64,000 nt of DNA. It comes from Candidatus Poribacteria bacterium. Its GTDB lineage: Bacteria; Poribacteria; WGA-4E; WGA-3G. The translations under genes were made by a program, and so were the position numbers. Shown here piece by piece: positions 48,630 to 58,683 of this stretch (the first letter of the stretch is position 1; each line of letters opens with the position of its first letter). Below the pieces are notes generated by a model that saw only the letters and a program-made list of their open reading frames with translations, had not been told where the DNA came from and searched no databases. Location: contig JAJEET010000134.1 in NCBI GenBank assembly GCA_022820835.1, forward strand, positions 45 to 64,044, in the 5' to 3' direction.

Positions 48630-49544
48630 TTAGTGCTGTCCTATTCGCGCTTGCTCGCCTGCGTGGTAAGAACTCCGAACGAGGGGTCCCGATTCTACAT
48701 GTCGAAATCCCATTTCCAAACCCGCTTCTTTGAGTTCATCAAACTCTTCAGGCGTATAGTAGCGTTGAATCGGCAGATGGCGTGGAGACGGTGAAAGATA
48801 TTGTCCTATCGTAAGAATATCGCAATCGGTATTACGAATATCCTGCATCGTTTCCAAAATTTCTGTCACGGTTTCACCTAAACCGACCATGAGCCCCGAT
48901 TTTGTGAGCATCTGCGTATTGAGTTGCTTACTGATTTGCAAGAGCGTTAGTGTCTGCTGGTAATTTGCGTACGGACGGACACGGCGATAGAGGCGTGGTA
49001 CGGTCTCGGTATTGTGGTTCAGGACTTCCGGTTGGGCTTGCACGATAATCGCGAGCGCATCCCAATTCCCTTCAAGGTCCGGGATAAGTACCTCTACAGT
49101 GCATCCGGGACGATGTTTCCGTGCTTCGGCGATACATTCAGCAAAGACACTTGCTCCGCCATCACTCAGATCATCACGGTTGACAGATGTAATAACAATA
49201 TGCTTCAGTTTCAGATAACCGACTGCCTCCCCGATCCGTCTCGGTTCATCGGTATCGACACTTCCATTAGGGTTCCCTTTTTTGACAGCACAGAACATGC
49301 ATCGACGCGTACAGACATCGCCCAATATCATGAAGGTGGCGGTGCGACTGTTCCAACATTCGCCGATATTCGGGCATCGCGCCTCTTCGCAGACGGTGTG
49401 GAGTTGCAAATCCCGCATGAGTTTCTTAAGTTCTGCGTAGTTACCACCGCCGGGAATTCGCGCCTTTATCCATGCGGGATGTCGGTTTTGCGCTGCTTTT
49501 GTGTTAATTATGGGGGTGTCAACTATAGGGAGCGTTTTTAGCAT
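48630..49544 (-). CDS. lipA: Lipoyl synthase
   Basis: CEEARCPNIGEC, CTRRCMFC and RSSY motifs. Confidence 0.97.
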   Translation of the reverse strand: MLKTLPIVDTPIINTKAAQNRHPAWIKARIPGGGNYAELKKLMRDLQLHTVCEEARCPNIGECWNSRTATFMILGDVCTRRCMFCAVKKGNPNGSVDTDEPRRIGEAVGYLKLKHIVITSVNRDDLSDGGASVFAECIAEARKHRPGCTVEVLIPDLEGNWDALAIIVQAQPEVLNHNTETVPRLYRRVRPYANYQQTLTLLQISKQLNTQMLTKSGLMVGLGETVTEILETMQDIRNTDCDILTIGQYLSPSPRHLPIQRYYTPEEFDELKEAGLEMGFRHVESGPLVRSSYHAGEQARIGQH

Positions 49545-49561
49545 TTTTTAATTTTCCCCAA

Positions 49562-49655
49562 TGGCGGGAGAGGGTGGGAGTCGAACCCACCAATCCACGT
49601 GTATGGACTATCCGGTTTTGAAGACCGGTAGGGCCACCGGACCCTATCCTCCCCC
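49562..49655 (-). tRNA. selC: tRNA-Sec (UCA)
   Basis: 8-bp acceptor stem GGGGGAGG/CCTCTCCC, G discriminator and CCA. Anticodon loop CTTCAAA, long variable arm, T-arm GTGGG-TTCGACT-CCCAC. Adjacent to selB. Confidence 0.96.
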
Positions 49656-49671
49656 ATAATTTTTAAAACTT

Positions 49672-49793
49672 AGGACTTACGCAATTTTGAGTGTAGGCGG
49701 TTCTGTGATAAAAAAGTTTTCGGAAAACACAGCGTTTCTGTACCACAGGCTAACAGCCTATGGTACAAAAGGGTTTCCGCATGCGTAAGTCCT
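49672..49793. repeat. MITE-like AGGACTTACGCA element
   Basis: Perfect 12-bp TIR, 122 bp long. Confidence 0.85.
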
Positions 49794-49805
49794 GAAACTA
49801 TCGAA

Positions 49806-51746
49806 TCATGTTTCCAAATGCCGCGGATGTAACCTTCGCACGTTTCCTTCGCGAACCGTAAGATTCTGCGTATCGCAGTACTCTAAAAAAGGCACGGCAT
49901 ACTTTCGCGAAGTCTCGGCGGTTTCTCGGAACTCCGCGACGGTTATCGTCTCATTTTCACGAAGGTACACAGTTAATGTGTCACTGATTTCTTCAAATTT
50001 TGCTTTATGAATGAAAAAATTCTCTGCTATCTTAACAAACCGTCCCAAGTTTAATAGCGCGTAAAATGTAGATTCAAGGACTTTTGGTGTATATTCTGGT
50101 AGCAGTGTGCTGAGTTGATTGAGCGTCGGCGTGTTCATACCCGCTTCCAAGAACAGTTGCTCTAATGTCTCTTTCGCAGTCTCCTCCTCTTGAGAAAACT
50201 GGATTTCGTGAGCGGCTAGCCGGAGTAAGTTTCCATCCTTAACGAGTTGGCGTTCCTTGATAAGTTGGTTCGCGAGTTTCTCAAAACTCTGTTCATCGAG
50301 GCTTAATTTATAACGAAGTTGTGCTGAATTTTGTCCAGCAAGGAGCGGCTGTGCCTCGTGAAACGCCGTAAGCGCGTCTACTATCTTCGCTTTAACCGTA
50401 GATACTCGCTCCGCGTCGGAGACGAGGGTTTCTCTACCAGATTCATCCCAGCGGACAATTTTTCCTTCTGTCTTGAGACTGTCTAAGATGGTCTTCACAT
50501 CCGTTTGCGAATGCGGAAGATAGTAATAGAGAAACGATTCCGGTACACAGACAGTTTCGCTATTTGCCAGGACGATATTGACGATCTGTGCGTCATCGGC
50601 TTCTTCCCATTGTGCTAAAGTCGCGATGGTTTCCGGCGTGAACCGCTTATGCTTCGGTGCAAATGGGTTGATGACCTCTCCGCCGCCGACTGTATGTTGT
50701 GCCGAAAAATCGCGTATGATAATTCGGTCGCCTCTAAACGTCAAAATCGGTTGCTCTAAACGGAGTTGGACCTGTACTTTATCTCCTGGGAGGATCGCCT
50801 CGTCAACCAGCAGAATCAATCGGCAAAATATCTCGCGGGTGCCGAGATACGCTCGGAAACGGCTCCAATGCTCAATGATTCTCGGAAACGAAGATAACAC
50901 CTGTAAAGACACGTCTATGTTGTCTGTCACTTGTGAATAGTCAATAGGACAGAGGACATCGCCGCGCTGGATGTCCTGAGCAGAGGTCCCAGAAAGATTT
51001 AAGGCTGTTCTCTGCCCCGCATAAGCAATGGAGGCGGGTTCATTGTGTACCTGTATCCCGCGGACGCGAACAACATCGCCTTGTGGCAGCAGCACCATCC
51101 GCTGCTCTCGATTAATGGAGCCTCCGATAAGCGTACCTGTTACAACAACACCGAAGCCTTGCACAGTAAAAACGCGGTCAACATATAGCCTCGGAATCCC
51201 GTCATTTTCTTCTGATTTTGTAGCGAGTGTCACCTGCTCAAGAATCGTCTGCTTTAAGGTATCAATACCTGCACCGGTTATTGCGGAGACACTCACAGTC
51301 GGTATACCTTCGAGACTTGTGCCGACGAGCATCTCTTGTGTCATTTCAGTTGCCTCAGCCAATTCGCCAGCGGTTGCCAAGTCAGATTTCGTCATGACGA
51401 GGATACCGTTTGAGATTCCGAGCAGGTCCAAAATTGCCAAATGTTCGAGCGTCTGTTCCTGAACGCCTTCCTTTGCATCAACGACAAAAAGGACTATATC
51501 CATACCGTATGCGCCGGAGAGCATACTGCGGATGAATTTTTCGTGTCCTGGTACGTCAACGATACCGGCACGTGAGTTATCGGGTAGATCGAAATAAGCG
51601 AAACCCAATTCAATAGACATGCCGCGATCCCGTTCTTCCTTGAGCCGGTCTGTCTCCATACCGGTGAGTGTACCGACGAGTGCCGTTTTCCCGTGGTCAA
51701 CATGTCCTGCTGTTCCGATGATAACGTGTCGTTGATCTTGATGCAT
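49806..51746 (-). CDS. selB: Selenocysteine-specific elongation factor
   Basis: [28 protein letters not shown] and C-terminal winged-helix [11 protein letters not shown]. Confidence 0.97.
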   Translation of the reverse strand: MHQDQRHVIIGTAGHVDHGKTALVGTLTGMETDRLKEERDRGMSIELGFAYFDLPDNSRAGIVDVPGHEKFIRSMLSGAYGMDIVLFVVDAKEGVQEQTLEHLAILDLLGISNGILVMTKSDLATAGELAEATEMTQEMLVGTSLEGIPTVSVSAITGAGIDTLKQTILEQVTLATKSEENDGIPRLYVDRVFTVQGFGVVVTGTLIGGSINREQRMVLLPQGDVVRVRGIQVHNEPASIAYAGQRTALNLSGTSAQDIQRGDVLCPIDYSQVTDNIDVSLQVLSSFPRIIEHWSRFRAYLGTREIFCRLILLVDEAILPGDKVQVQLRLEQPILTFRGDRIIIRDFSAQHTVGGGEVINPFAPKHKRFTPETIATLAQWEEADDAQIVNIVLANSETVCVPESFLYYYLPHSQTDVKTILDSLKTEGKIVRWDESGRETLVSDAERVSTVKAKIVDALTAFHEAQPLLAGQNSAQLRYKLSLDEQSFEKLANQLIKERQLVKDGNLLRLAAHEIQFSQEEETAKETLEQLFLEAGMNTPTLNQLSTLLPEYTPKVLESTFYALLNLGRFVKIAENFFIHKAKFEEISDTLTVYLRENETITVAEFRETAETSRKYAVPFLEYCDTQNLTVREGNVRRLHPRHLET

Positions 51747-51782
51747 ACGTTAATTCCGAGGGTTTACTCAAGCTTTCACATC

Positions 51783-51902
51783 AGGATTTACGCAATTTTG
51801 ACTGTAACCCGTTCTGTTAGATGAGATTTCTCCGAAAACACGGCGTTCTTGTGTCCCAAACTGGAAAGTTTGTGACACAAAATAGCAGCGTGCGTAAGTC
51901 CT
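51783..51902. repeat. MITE-like AGGA(C/T)TTACGCA element
   Basis: 11/12-bp TIR, 120 bp long. 51781..51844 is identical to 63937..64000. Confidence 0.88.
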
Positions 51903-51907
51903 ACACA

Positions 51908-52696
51908 TTAAGGGTTTGCGTGAATGAGTTTGCCGATTCGATTAAATCTGATATTTCCTATCAGTTTCCAAACTTCCCATATTTTTGCTGGCATCGCGTC
52001 CTCCGCTGGGTTCACAGCAAAAGACCAATATACCATAAACGCTTGCCCCTTGATGTCATTGACATCTACGGGTCCCCAAGAGCGGCTATCGCTACTCGAA
52101 TCTCGGTTGTCGCCCATTGCGAAGACCTTACCTTTCGGGATCGTAAACGGCTTTCCGTCAGGAAACTTGCGTCTAAATTGACTTGAGGTTAAGGTATAAT
52201 CAGAAAATTCCTCAGTATCTGGTAGATACTCCGGTTGACGGAACGGTGGAAAATCGCCTCTCCTAAAGTGGCTGAAAGTTACATGTTTCGTATAATGCTT
52301 GTCATCAACGGCTTCGCCGTTCACATAGAGTGTGTTGCCACGTGTTTCGATCGTGTCGCCCTCAACGGCTACGATGCGTTTGATGAAATTTCGTTTTCGG
52401 TCATGCGGTGGCAGGAAAACGAAAACGTCCCCACGGGTAGGCTTATGGAAATCGAGAACCTTTATTTTCGTGCCGGGGATCGTAATGCCGTAGATAAATT
52501 TACAAACCAGAATTCTATCCCCAACAAGAAGCGTGTCCTCCATTGAACCAGACGGAATTTTGAACGCCTCAACAACGAAAGGACGTATGAACCCGAAAAC
52601 GAGAATGAGTGCTACAACGGCGACTTGCGTGTATTCCCATACAATGGTTCTCCGAAATTTTTGCCATTTGGACAATTGGGTTTCGTTATCATTCAT
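51908..52696 (-). CDS. lepB: Signal peptidase I (copy 2)
   Basis: IPSGSMEDTL, FIKRI and MGDNRDSSSDSRSWG motifs. Confidence 0.95.
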   Translation of the reverse strand: MNDNETQLSKWQKFRRTIVWEYTQVAVVALILVFGFIRPFVVEAFKIPSGSMEDTLLVGDRILVCKFIYGITIPGTKIKVLDFHKPTRGDVFVFLPPHDRKRNFIKRIVAVEGDTIETRGNTLYVNGEAVDDKHYTKHVTFSHFRRGDFPPFRQPEYLPDTEEFSDYTLTSSQFRRKFPDGKPFTIPKGKVFAMGDNRDSSSDSRSWGPVDVNDIKGQAFMVYWSFAVNPAEDAMPAKIWEVWKLIGNIRFNRIGKLIHANP

Positions 52697-52742
52697 GTTA
52701 TTATAAAACCTCTAAAGATAAAAGCGTTCTCCTTTTTGCCGT

Positions 52743-53528
52743 CTAATTTTTCTTGAATGAATCTGATTGTGAGCGGATAAGTTTACCGATTCGATTAAAA
52801 CGTATATTGTCCACCAATTTCCAAACCTCCCAGAACTTTGCAGGACGATCAGCGATCGACCACCAAATCATGAAAGCCTGTCCTTTAATGTCATCTACAG
52901 ACACTGGCCCCCAAGTTCGACTATCGCTGCTCAGGTCGCGATTATCCCCCATAGCGAAAACCGTTCCTTTCGGAACAACAAACGGCTTTCCGTCAGGAAA
53001 CTTGCGTCGAAATTGACTTGCTGTCAAAGTATAATCGTCAAACCCCTCACCTGTCGGTATATATTCTGGACTTCGGAATGGTGGAAAATCTCTCTTAACG
53101 TGGCTGAATTTCAGGTGTTTTGTGTAGGTGCTATCATCAACGATTTCACCGTTTACATAAAGCGTATCACCACGCGTTTCAACGGTATCCCCTTCAATGG
53201 CTACAATGCGCTTGATAAAATGTCGCTCGTCATGTGACGGAATAAAGACGAAAACATCGCCGCGTGCAGGTTGATGAACATCAAAGATTCTTATATCTGT
53301 GCCGGGGATCTTAACGCCATAGACAAACTTACACACGAAAATATGGTCACCGACGAGCAGTGTATCCTCCATCGAGCCAGAGGGAATTCTATACGCTTCA
53401 ACTACAAAAGGGCGGACAAAACCGAACATGAGAACCAGTAAAACGACAATAGGCAGTGCCTGCTCTCGGAACCATTTTTTTAATTTTTCTTGTTTCGATA
53501 GTGTTGTTTTGTTCATTTGGGGGCACAT
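52743..53528 (-). CDS. lepB: Signal peptidase I (copy 1)
   Basis: IPSGSMEDTL, FIKRI and MGDNRDLSSDSRTWG motifs. Start could be 53516. Confidence 0.95.
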   Translation of the reverse strand: MCPQMNKTTLSKQEKLKKWFREQALPIVVLLVLMFGFVRPFVVEAYRIPSGSMEDTLLVGDHIFVCKFVYGVKIPGTDIRIFDVHQPARGDVFVFIPSHDERHFIKRIVAIEGDTVETRGDTLYVNGEIVDDSTYTKHLKFSHVKRDFPPFRSPEYIPTGEGFDDYTLTASQFRRKFPDGKPFVVPKGTVFAMGDNRDLSSDSRTWGPVSVDDIKGQAFMIWWSIADRPAKFWEVWKLVDNIRFNRIGKLIRSQSDSFKKN

Positions 53529-53549
53529 CCATTATGTTGTTATTTAGAT

Positions 53550-53668
53550 AGGACTTACGCAAATTGGGCAAAAATCGGATATTTAGACGCAAAAGCGGTA
53601 ATTTTTATCCTGTAAACCCCCTAAATCCCCCTTATCAGGGGGACTTTAAGGCGAAATGCGTAAGTCCT
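53550..53668. repeat. MITE-like AGGACTTACGCA element with different cargo
   Basis: Perfect 12-bp TIR, 119 bp long. Inner hairpin TAAATCCCCC-TTATCA-GGGGGACTTTA. Confidence 0.85.
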
Positions 53669-53687
53669 ATGTTATTTAGATTTGGTA

Positions 53688-55493
53688 TTATTCATCGGTT
53701 GCGAGCATTGCCGTGAATGCTTCCTGCGGCACGTCAACTCTACCGATCTGCTTGAGGCGTTTCTTACCCTCTTTCTGGTTCTCCAACAACTTCCGTTTTC
53801 GCGATACATCACCGCCGTAGCATTTCGCTGTAACATTTTTTCGGAGTGCGCGAACGGTTTCGCGGGCGACAATTTTGTTGCCGATCGCCGCTTGAACCGG
53901 TACCTCAAACATCTGACGCGGTATCAACTCCTTCAATTTGGTCACCAATGCTTTTCCTCGCGTTTCTGCTGTGTCACGCGGTAGAATCGTCGAAAGTGCA
54001 TCCACAGGGTTCCCGTTAAGAAGTATATCGAGTTTCACTAATTTTTCAGGTTTATAGGCACCGATGTCGTATTCGAGCGATCCATATCCACGCGTCAGAG
54101 ACTTTAGTTTCGGGTAGAAATCCGTTAGCATTTCACTCAATGGCAGTTCATAGAGCAATTGCACACGGCTCGCGTCCAATTGGTTCATCCGTTTATATAC
54201 ACCCCGCCGCTTCTGACAAAGTTCCATCGCATTGCCGATATACTCGCGCGGCACGATAATGTCAATATTGACATACGGTTCCTCAATATGTTCAATATTA
54301 TTCGGTTCGGGGAGGTGTGCGGGGTTATCAACGGAGATATAGTCCCCTGTTTTTAGGCAGACACGGTACATCACACTCGGTGCTGTCCGGACGAGTTCAA
54401 GTCCAAATTCACGTTCAAGGCGTTCATGGATGATCTCCATGTGGAGCAATCCGAGAAAACCGCACCGAAATCCGAATCCGAGGGCGACAGAGGTTTCGGG
54501 TTCAAAGTTGAAAGAGGAATCGTTGAGACGGAGTTTCTCGAGTGCCTCTCGCAATGCCGGAAACTGGTTTGTATCTGCAGGATACAGACCGCTGAACACA
54601 AGTGGTTTCATTTCACGGTAGCCGGGCAGCGGTTCAGTCGTCGGTTTTTTATGGTGTGTGATTGTATCGCCAATTTTCGCGTTGTCTATATCCCGGATGC
54701 CTGCGATGAGATATCCGACTGCCCCTGTGTCTAACCCCATTGTTGGCTGCATCTCTGGCGTAAAGATACCGACCTCTTCCACCTCATAGGCGCGTCTCGT
54801 CTTCATGAGTTGGATTTTATCACCCGTTTTGAGGCTGCCCTCGAATATTCGGGTGTACATGATGACACCACGATAGTTATCGTAAACGGAATCGAGTACA
54901 AGTGCCTTCAACGGTGCCTCTGTTTCGCCGTCAGGTGCGGGGATACGATTAACGACTGCTTCCAATATCGCGGGGATACCGATCCCCATTTTTGCGCTCA
55001 CAAGAAGTGCGTCGTCTGCGGGGATGCCGATAACTTCCTCTATCTGTCGTTTCGCTTCGTCAGGACGGGATGTCGGTAAATCTATCTTATTGATGACCGG
55101 GATAATTTCGAGGTCGTTGTCGATTGCAAGATAAGCGTTCGCCAAAGTTTGTGCTTCAACGCCTTGGGCGGCATCAACAATTAGAATAGCACCTTCACAC
55201 GCCGCGAGGCTTCGTGAGACCTCGTAGGTAAAATCGACGTGTCCAGGCGTATCAATCAAGTTAAGTTCGTACCGGTTTCCGTTGCTGGCAGGATAGTGTA
55301 TTTTAACGGCAGTGGCTTTAATAGTAATACCGCGTTCACGCTCCAGGTCCATCAGGTCAAGCACCTGTGCACGCATCTCGCGCTCGGCGAGCGTGTTCGT
55401 ATGCTCAATAAGCCGGTCACTCAGTGTGCTTTTCCCGTGGTCAATGTGCCCTAAAATACAGAAATTCCGTATGTTTTCAAGATTCGTTGACAT
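53688..55493 (-). CDS. lepA: Translation elongation factor 4
   Basis: [37 protein letters not shown] and KCYGGD motifs. Confidence 0.98.
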   Translation of the reverse strand: MSTNLENIRNFCILGHIDHGKSTLSDRLIEHTNTLAEREMRAQVLDLMDLERERGITIKATAVKIHYPASNGNRYELNLIDTPGHVDFTYEVSRSLAACEGAILIVDAAQGVEAQTLANAYLAIDNDLEIIPVINKIDLPTSRPDEAKRQIEEVIGIPADDALLVSAKMGIGIPAILEAVVNRIPAPDGETEAPLKALVLDSVYDNYRGVIMYTRIFEGSLKTGDKIQLMKTRRAYEVEEVGIFTPEMQPTMGLDTGAVGYLIAGIRDIDNAKIGDTITHHKKPTTEPLPGYREMKPLVFSGLYPADTNQFPALREALEKLRLNDSSFNFEPETSVALGFGFRCGFLGLLHMEIIHERLEREFGLELVRTAPSVMYRVCLKTGDYISVDNPAHLPEPNNIEHIEEPYVNIDIIVPREYIGNAMELCQKRRGVYKRMNQLDASRVQLLYELPLSEMLTDFYPKLKSLTRGYGSLEYDIGAYKPEKLVKLDILLNGNPVDALSTILPRDTAETRGKALVTKLKELIPRQMFEVPVQAAIGNKIVARETVRALRKNVTAKCYGGDVSRKRKLLENQKEGKKRLKQIGRVDVPQEAFTAMLATDE

Positions 55494-55565
55494 AGTGTAG
55501 ATAGTATATCACAATTTTTGTCGATTGTCCATAAAATCTTATGCAAAACCCAAGGGTATTCAATT

Positions 55566-56423
55566 TTAAGAAATTATTGTGTTTAACTCGGTTTCCACTG
55601 GTGCGTTCAGGGCGGTGTGTGCTGCGTCCTGAATTGCCTTGTGATGTTTCCGCTCTAATTTCTCGTTGATGACGTGCATTGCGCCTGCTACCCGGACTTG
55701 TGCATTGGCAAGTTTGCATAGCTGGTTGGGATCGTCGCAGTGCTTGAAGTGATAGGCGAGTTTTTTCAGCGTCTCGTTCAATAGTTCGAGTTGGTTGTAA
55801 GGGGCGGCATAGGGGGTGCGTTGGCGGAGGTGGTTATCCACTTGTGCCTCGTGAATGGCATCGGCGATCTCTCGGTATCGCTCTGGGAAATACTGGCTTG
55901 TCGGGTTCAGGTGCCATGCGCGTTCAAGGAATGCGTTAAAGACGGTGGCGGTATCTAAGACGTGTGTGAGTGTGCGCCATATCGTCATCACTTGACCGAG
56001 TTCTTGGCTATCGGTATCGTAAAGCCCAAAGCAGTGCCGGCAGGCACCTTCTACGGTCTCAGTGTCGGCGACCAACATCACGATATGCATCTTGATGCGT
56101 TCGGAAAAGGATGCATTTAGGAAGTCGCTGATGGCGTGGATCACGTCATGGGGTTGCAGTGTGTCTAACATGCTTTTGAGTGTTTCTGACACTTCACCGC
56201 AGGCTCTAAATATCTCCGCGTCTGTGAGCGTATCGTTCCAGTTCGGCGTTGCCCATTGCCATCGTTGATCGGGCAAAATATCGGAAACCCTGTTTGATAC
56301 GTCTAATCTTAGGGCGTTTTCTTCTCTATCGCTATTCTCCATGGCATATTTAGAGACATACGCTTGTGTGGTTTCGTCAAACGCTTGTTGTTTAGTTTGC
56401 TGTTCTTGCGTCATTTTGTTCAT
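55566..56423 (-). CDS. Hypothetical all-alpha protein
   Basis: 285-aa ORF with CAGGAG SD. Overlaps the upstream ORF. No recognised motif. Confidence 0.6.
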   Translation of the reverse strand: MNKMTQEQQTKQQAFDETTQAYVSKYAMENSDREENALRLDVSNRVSDILPDQRWQWATPNWNDTLTDAEIFRACGEVSETLKSMLDTLQPHDVIHAISDFLNASFSERIKMHIVMLVADTETVEGACRHCFGLYDTDSQELGQVMTIWRTLTHVLDTATVFNAFLERAWHLNPTSQYFPERYREIADAIHEAQVDNHLRQRTPYAAPYNQLELLNETLKKLAYHFKHCDDPNQLCKLANAQVRVAGAMHVINEKLERKHHKAIQDAAHTALNAPVETELNTIIS

Positions 56424-56781
56424 CGGGGGTCTCCTGTTGATTCTGAAAAATCTTACCTGCTTTGGTGAAGAAGTTTGCTCCGTCCGTGCCAGCGATCTTG
56501 TTCGCCTCGGCGCAGAGACGGGTCACGGCTTGCTTGGTCTGTTGCTTGGCACGTAATTCGTTGACTTTCTGTGCGTGCGCCTCCTGTTCGGCTTCTGTTT
56601 TTTCGAGTTGCGTCGCGATTTTCAGAATCTGCTTGGAAATCTTTGCTATGTTTCCAGGCTGGAGTTCTGCTATCAAGATTTGCAGCTGCTGTTCGTAGTG
56701 TGCGGCGCGTGTGCGTTTGTTCTCGATAATGGCTTCGGCGCGCGATAGAAAGATGCGTTCGGCTGCTGTGATTTTTGTCAT
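56392..56781 (-). CDS. Hypothetical coiled-coil protein
   Basis: 129-aa heptad-rich ORF behind an AT-rich upstream region. Confidence 0.55.
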   Translation of the reverse strand: MTKITAAERIFLSRAEAIIENKRTRAAHYEQQLQILIAELQPGNIAKISKQILKIATQLEKTEAEQEAHAQKVNELRAKQQTKQAVTRLCAEANKIAGTDGANFFTKAGKIFQNQQETPDEQNDARTAN

Positions 56782-56910
56782 AAAGGCACTTTAATTTTTT
56801 TTGTACGCAAAAATCTGTGTTGTGTCTTTCTGTTTTTTTTAATTAATATAGTTTAATTAGTATATATATAATAACGTATATAATGTAGAGGTGCAAATTT
56901 ATTTTTTATT

Positions 56911-57030
56911 TAACGTGAGTTTGATAAATAGGACTTACGCAATTTTGACTGTAGACTGTTCTGTTAGAAGAAAGTTTACTGGAAACACGGCGTTTTTGGG
57001 TCACAAACTAACAGTTTGTGGTACAAATGC
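56911..57030. repeat. Nested repeat ends: TAACGTGAGTTTGATAAA abutting a one-ended AGGACTTACGCA element
   Basis: The body is similar to the elements at 49672 and 51783. No right TIR is visible. Confidence 0.7.
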
Positions 57031-57143
57031 CGGTTCAACATAAGGCAGAGGCAAATGTTAGCATTAAAACCGCAATTTTCAGTGCTAATCCTCTTAAACA
57101 CACAGTGATAGACCCAAGTCTAAAGACTTGGGCTTCCGCAAAG

Positions 57144-58358
57144 TTATGCGAAAGCATTTGTGGAATGCAGAAGCGAACTGGACGCTTCAACGGAGATGCC
57201 CACGATTTTGCCAAGCAAGACAATAGGTCTTATTTCTCCTAACCCAAAGGAAGCTACCCCTTCCTTAAGTATGTTCATCGCAGCGTTATGGTCACGATCT
57301 AAATGTGTATTACATTTCGGACACCTCCATTCTCTATCTGCAAGTGTTAAGGTGCCATTTTTATGTCCACAAACAGAACAGCATTTCGTCGTAGGAGTCC
57401 ATCTGTTGATCGTGTAAACGCGTTTTAGACGCTTTGTTGCTTGATGCTTGAGTTTTAGCATAAACTCACCGAAGGCGAGGTCAGATACTTGTTTACCAAA
57501 AAGGCGTTTCAGGTTTCCGTCAAGGTTTAGGTCTTCAAAAAACAGAATATCAAACTTTTTACAAAGTTCTATCGCAAGTTTCCAATGGTGGTCTGTTCTC
57601 TGATTTTCAGTTTTCTTATGGATACGAGCGACATTCTTACGTTCGCGTTCTCTGTTATTAGAACCTTTGACCTTCCGGGAATGCACTTGTTGTGCTTTTG
57701 CTAACTTATCAGCGTTCTGTTTGTAGAACATAGGAGACGTGTATCGTTCACCATCACTGCCAGTTAGGAAGTCTTTGATTCCCATATCGAACCCTTCGGC
57801 TTTACCCGTCTTGGGTTCGGGTTTGACTTCTTTACATTCTTCTGTGAGCGTGATATACACATCACCGATCGCATCTCGTGTGACTTGAACTTCAACTATT
57901 TTGCCTTCAACAGGTCTATGTTCGGCGAAACGATACCAACGACCGTTGAGGCGTATTTGAAATGTCGCGTGATTTCTCTGGTTTTTCTGTTTCGGTAGCA
58001 AATACTCAAACTTGACTTGGTTGCCACGAAACGTCATGCCTTTGTGTTTTTTGCACGACTTGAACTGCGGGTGACCTCTGCCAAGCGTTTTCATTTCGCT
58101 AAAGGATTGGGCTAACCGCTTAAGAACATTCTGTAATGCCCACGAGTAAGGGATATTCCAATGCTGATATTTTTCAAGTTTCTTTAACTTCGTCAAATGT
58201 GCAGACATTTTCGCATACGAAAGCCCTTTACCATAGCGACGGTAATATCGCATACACAACGCAATGAAGTGGTTACGCACAACACCACAGATATTCAACT
58301 CATCGTGGAGATGACGCAATGATTTATCGTGAAAAAGTTTATGTTTCGTATTTCGCAT
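57144..58358 (-). CDS. tnpB: RNA-guided endonuclease TnpB
   Basis: RuvC I GFDMG, RuvC II FEDL, zinc finger CSVC...CPKC and RuvC III DRDHNAAMN. Confidence 0.95.
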   Translation of the reverse strand: MRNTKHKLFHDKSLRHLHDELNICGVVRNHFIALCMRYYRRYGKGLSYAKMSAHLTKLKKLEKYQHWNIPYSWALQNVLKRLAQSFSEMKTLGRGHPQFKSCKKHKGMTFRGNQVKFEYLLPKQKNQRNHATFQIRLNGRWYRFAEHRPVEGKIVEVQVTRDAIGDVYITLTEECKEVKPEPKTGKAEGFDMGIKDFLTGSDGERYTSPMFYKQNADKLAKAQQVHSRKVKGSNNRERERKNVARIHKKTENQRTDHHWKLAIELCKKFDILFFEDLNLDGNLKRLFGKQVSDLAFGEFMLKLKHQATKRLKRVYTINRWTPTTKCCSVCGHKNGTLTLADREWRCPKCNTHLDRDHNAAMNILKEGVASFGLGEIRPIVLLGKIVGISVEASSSLLHSTNAFA

Positions 58359-58454
58359 GGTATATCAAGTCTCAAGTCTTTACCCCTAATCAGTGGGTAG
58401 GCAGACACATTGCCTTGCAGCAACGCTGATTATGCCTGCCAACTTGATACTATA

Positions 58455-58483
58455 ATTATACTACATTTTTAGGTGAATGTCAA
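58455..58483 (-). promoter_or_regulatory. Consensus sigma70 promoter driving tnpB
   Basis: TTGACA-17 bp-TATAAT, an exact consensus match. Confidence 0.8.
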
Positions 58484-58683
58484 GTTTTTTCTTCACACAT
58501 ACCGCTAACCACTACTACATCCCAAACCTAAAGGATTCGGTCTTGTAGCGGAAGATTAGATAATTCAGGAAGGCAACCCAAAAGAGGAGTGATGTCCGTT
58601 TATGTCATCAATTTCCTTTCTTTTTATTGCGTCCAATTGAGGCACCTGGGAACCACGCATGGACGCAATAACTATGGACCTTT

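Larger units (their letters stand above)
57105..58559 (-). mobile_element. IS200/IS605-family (IS1341-group, tnpB-only) element
   Basis: Left-end hairpin follows TTAT (58563..58560). Right end reads GAAGCCCAAGTC-TTTA-GACTTGGG-TCTATCAC. No tnpA inside. Ends inferred from family pattern. Confidence 0.78.

Noticed and set aside
49545-49562. Genomic island integrated at tRNA-Sec
   Set aside because: lipA follows within 17 bp, with no integrase and no duplicated tRNA 3' end.
55574-55587. Second TnpB target (TTAT-TGTGTTTAAC) resembling the guide
   Set aside because: Only 5 contiguous seed bases match without a 2-nt gap, which is likely chance in AT-rich DNA.
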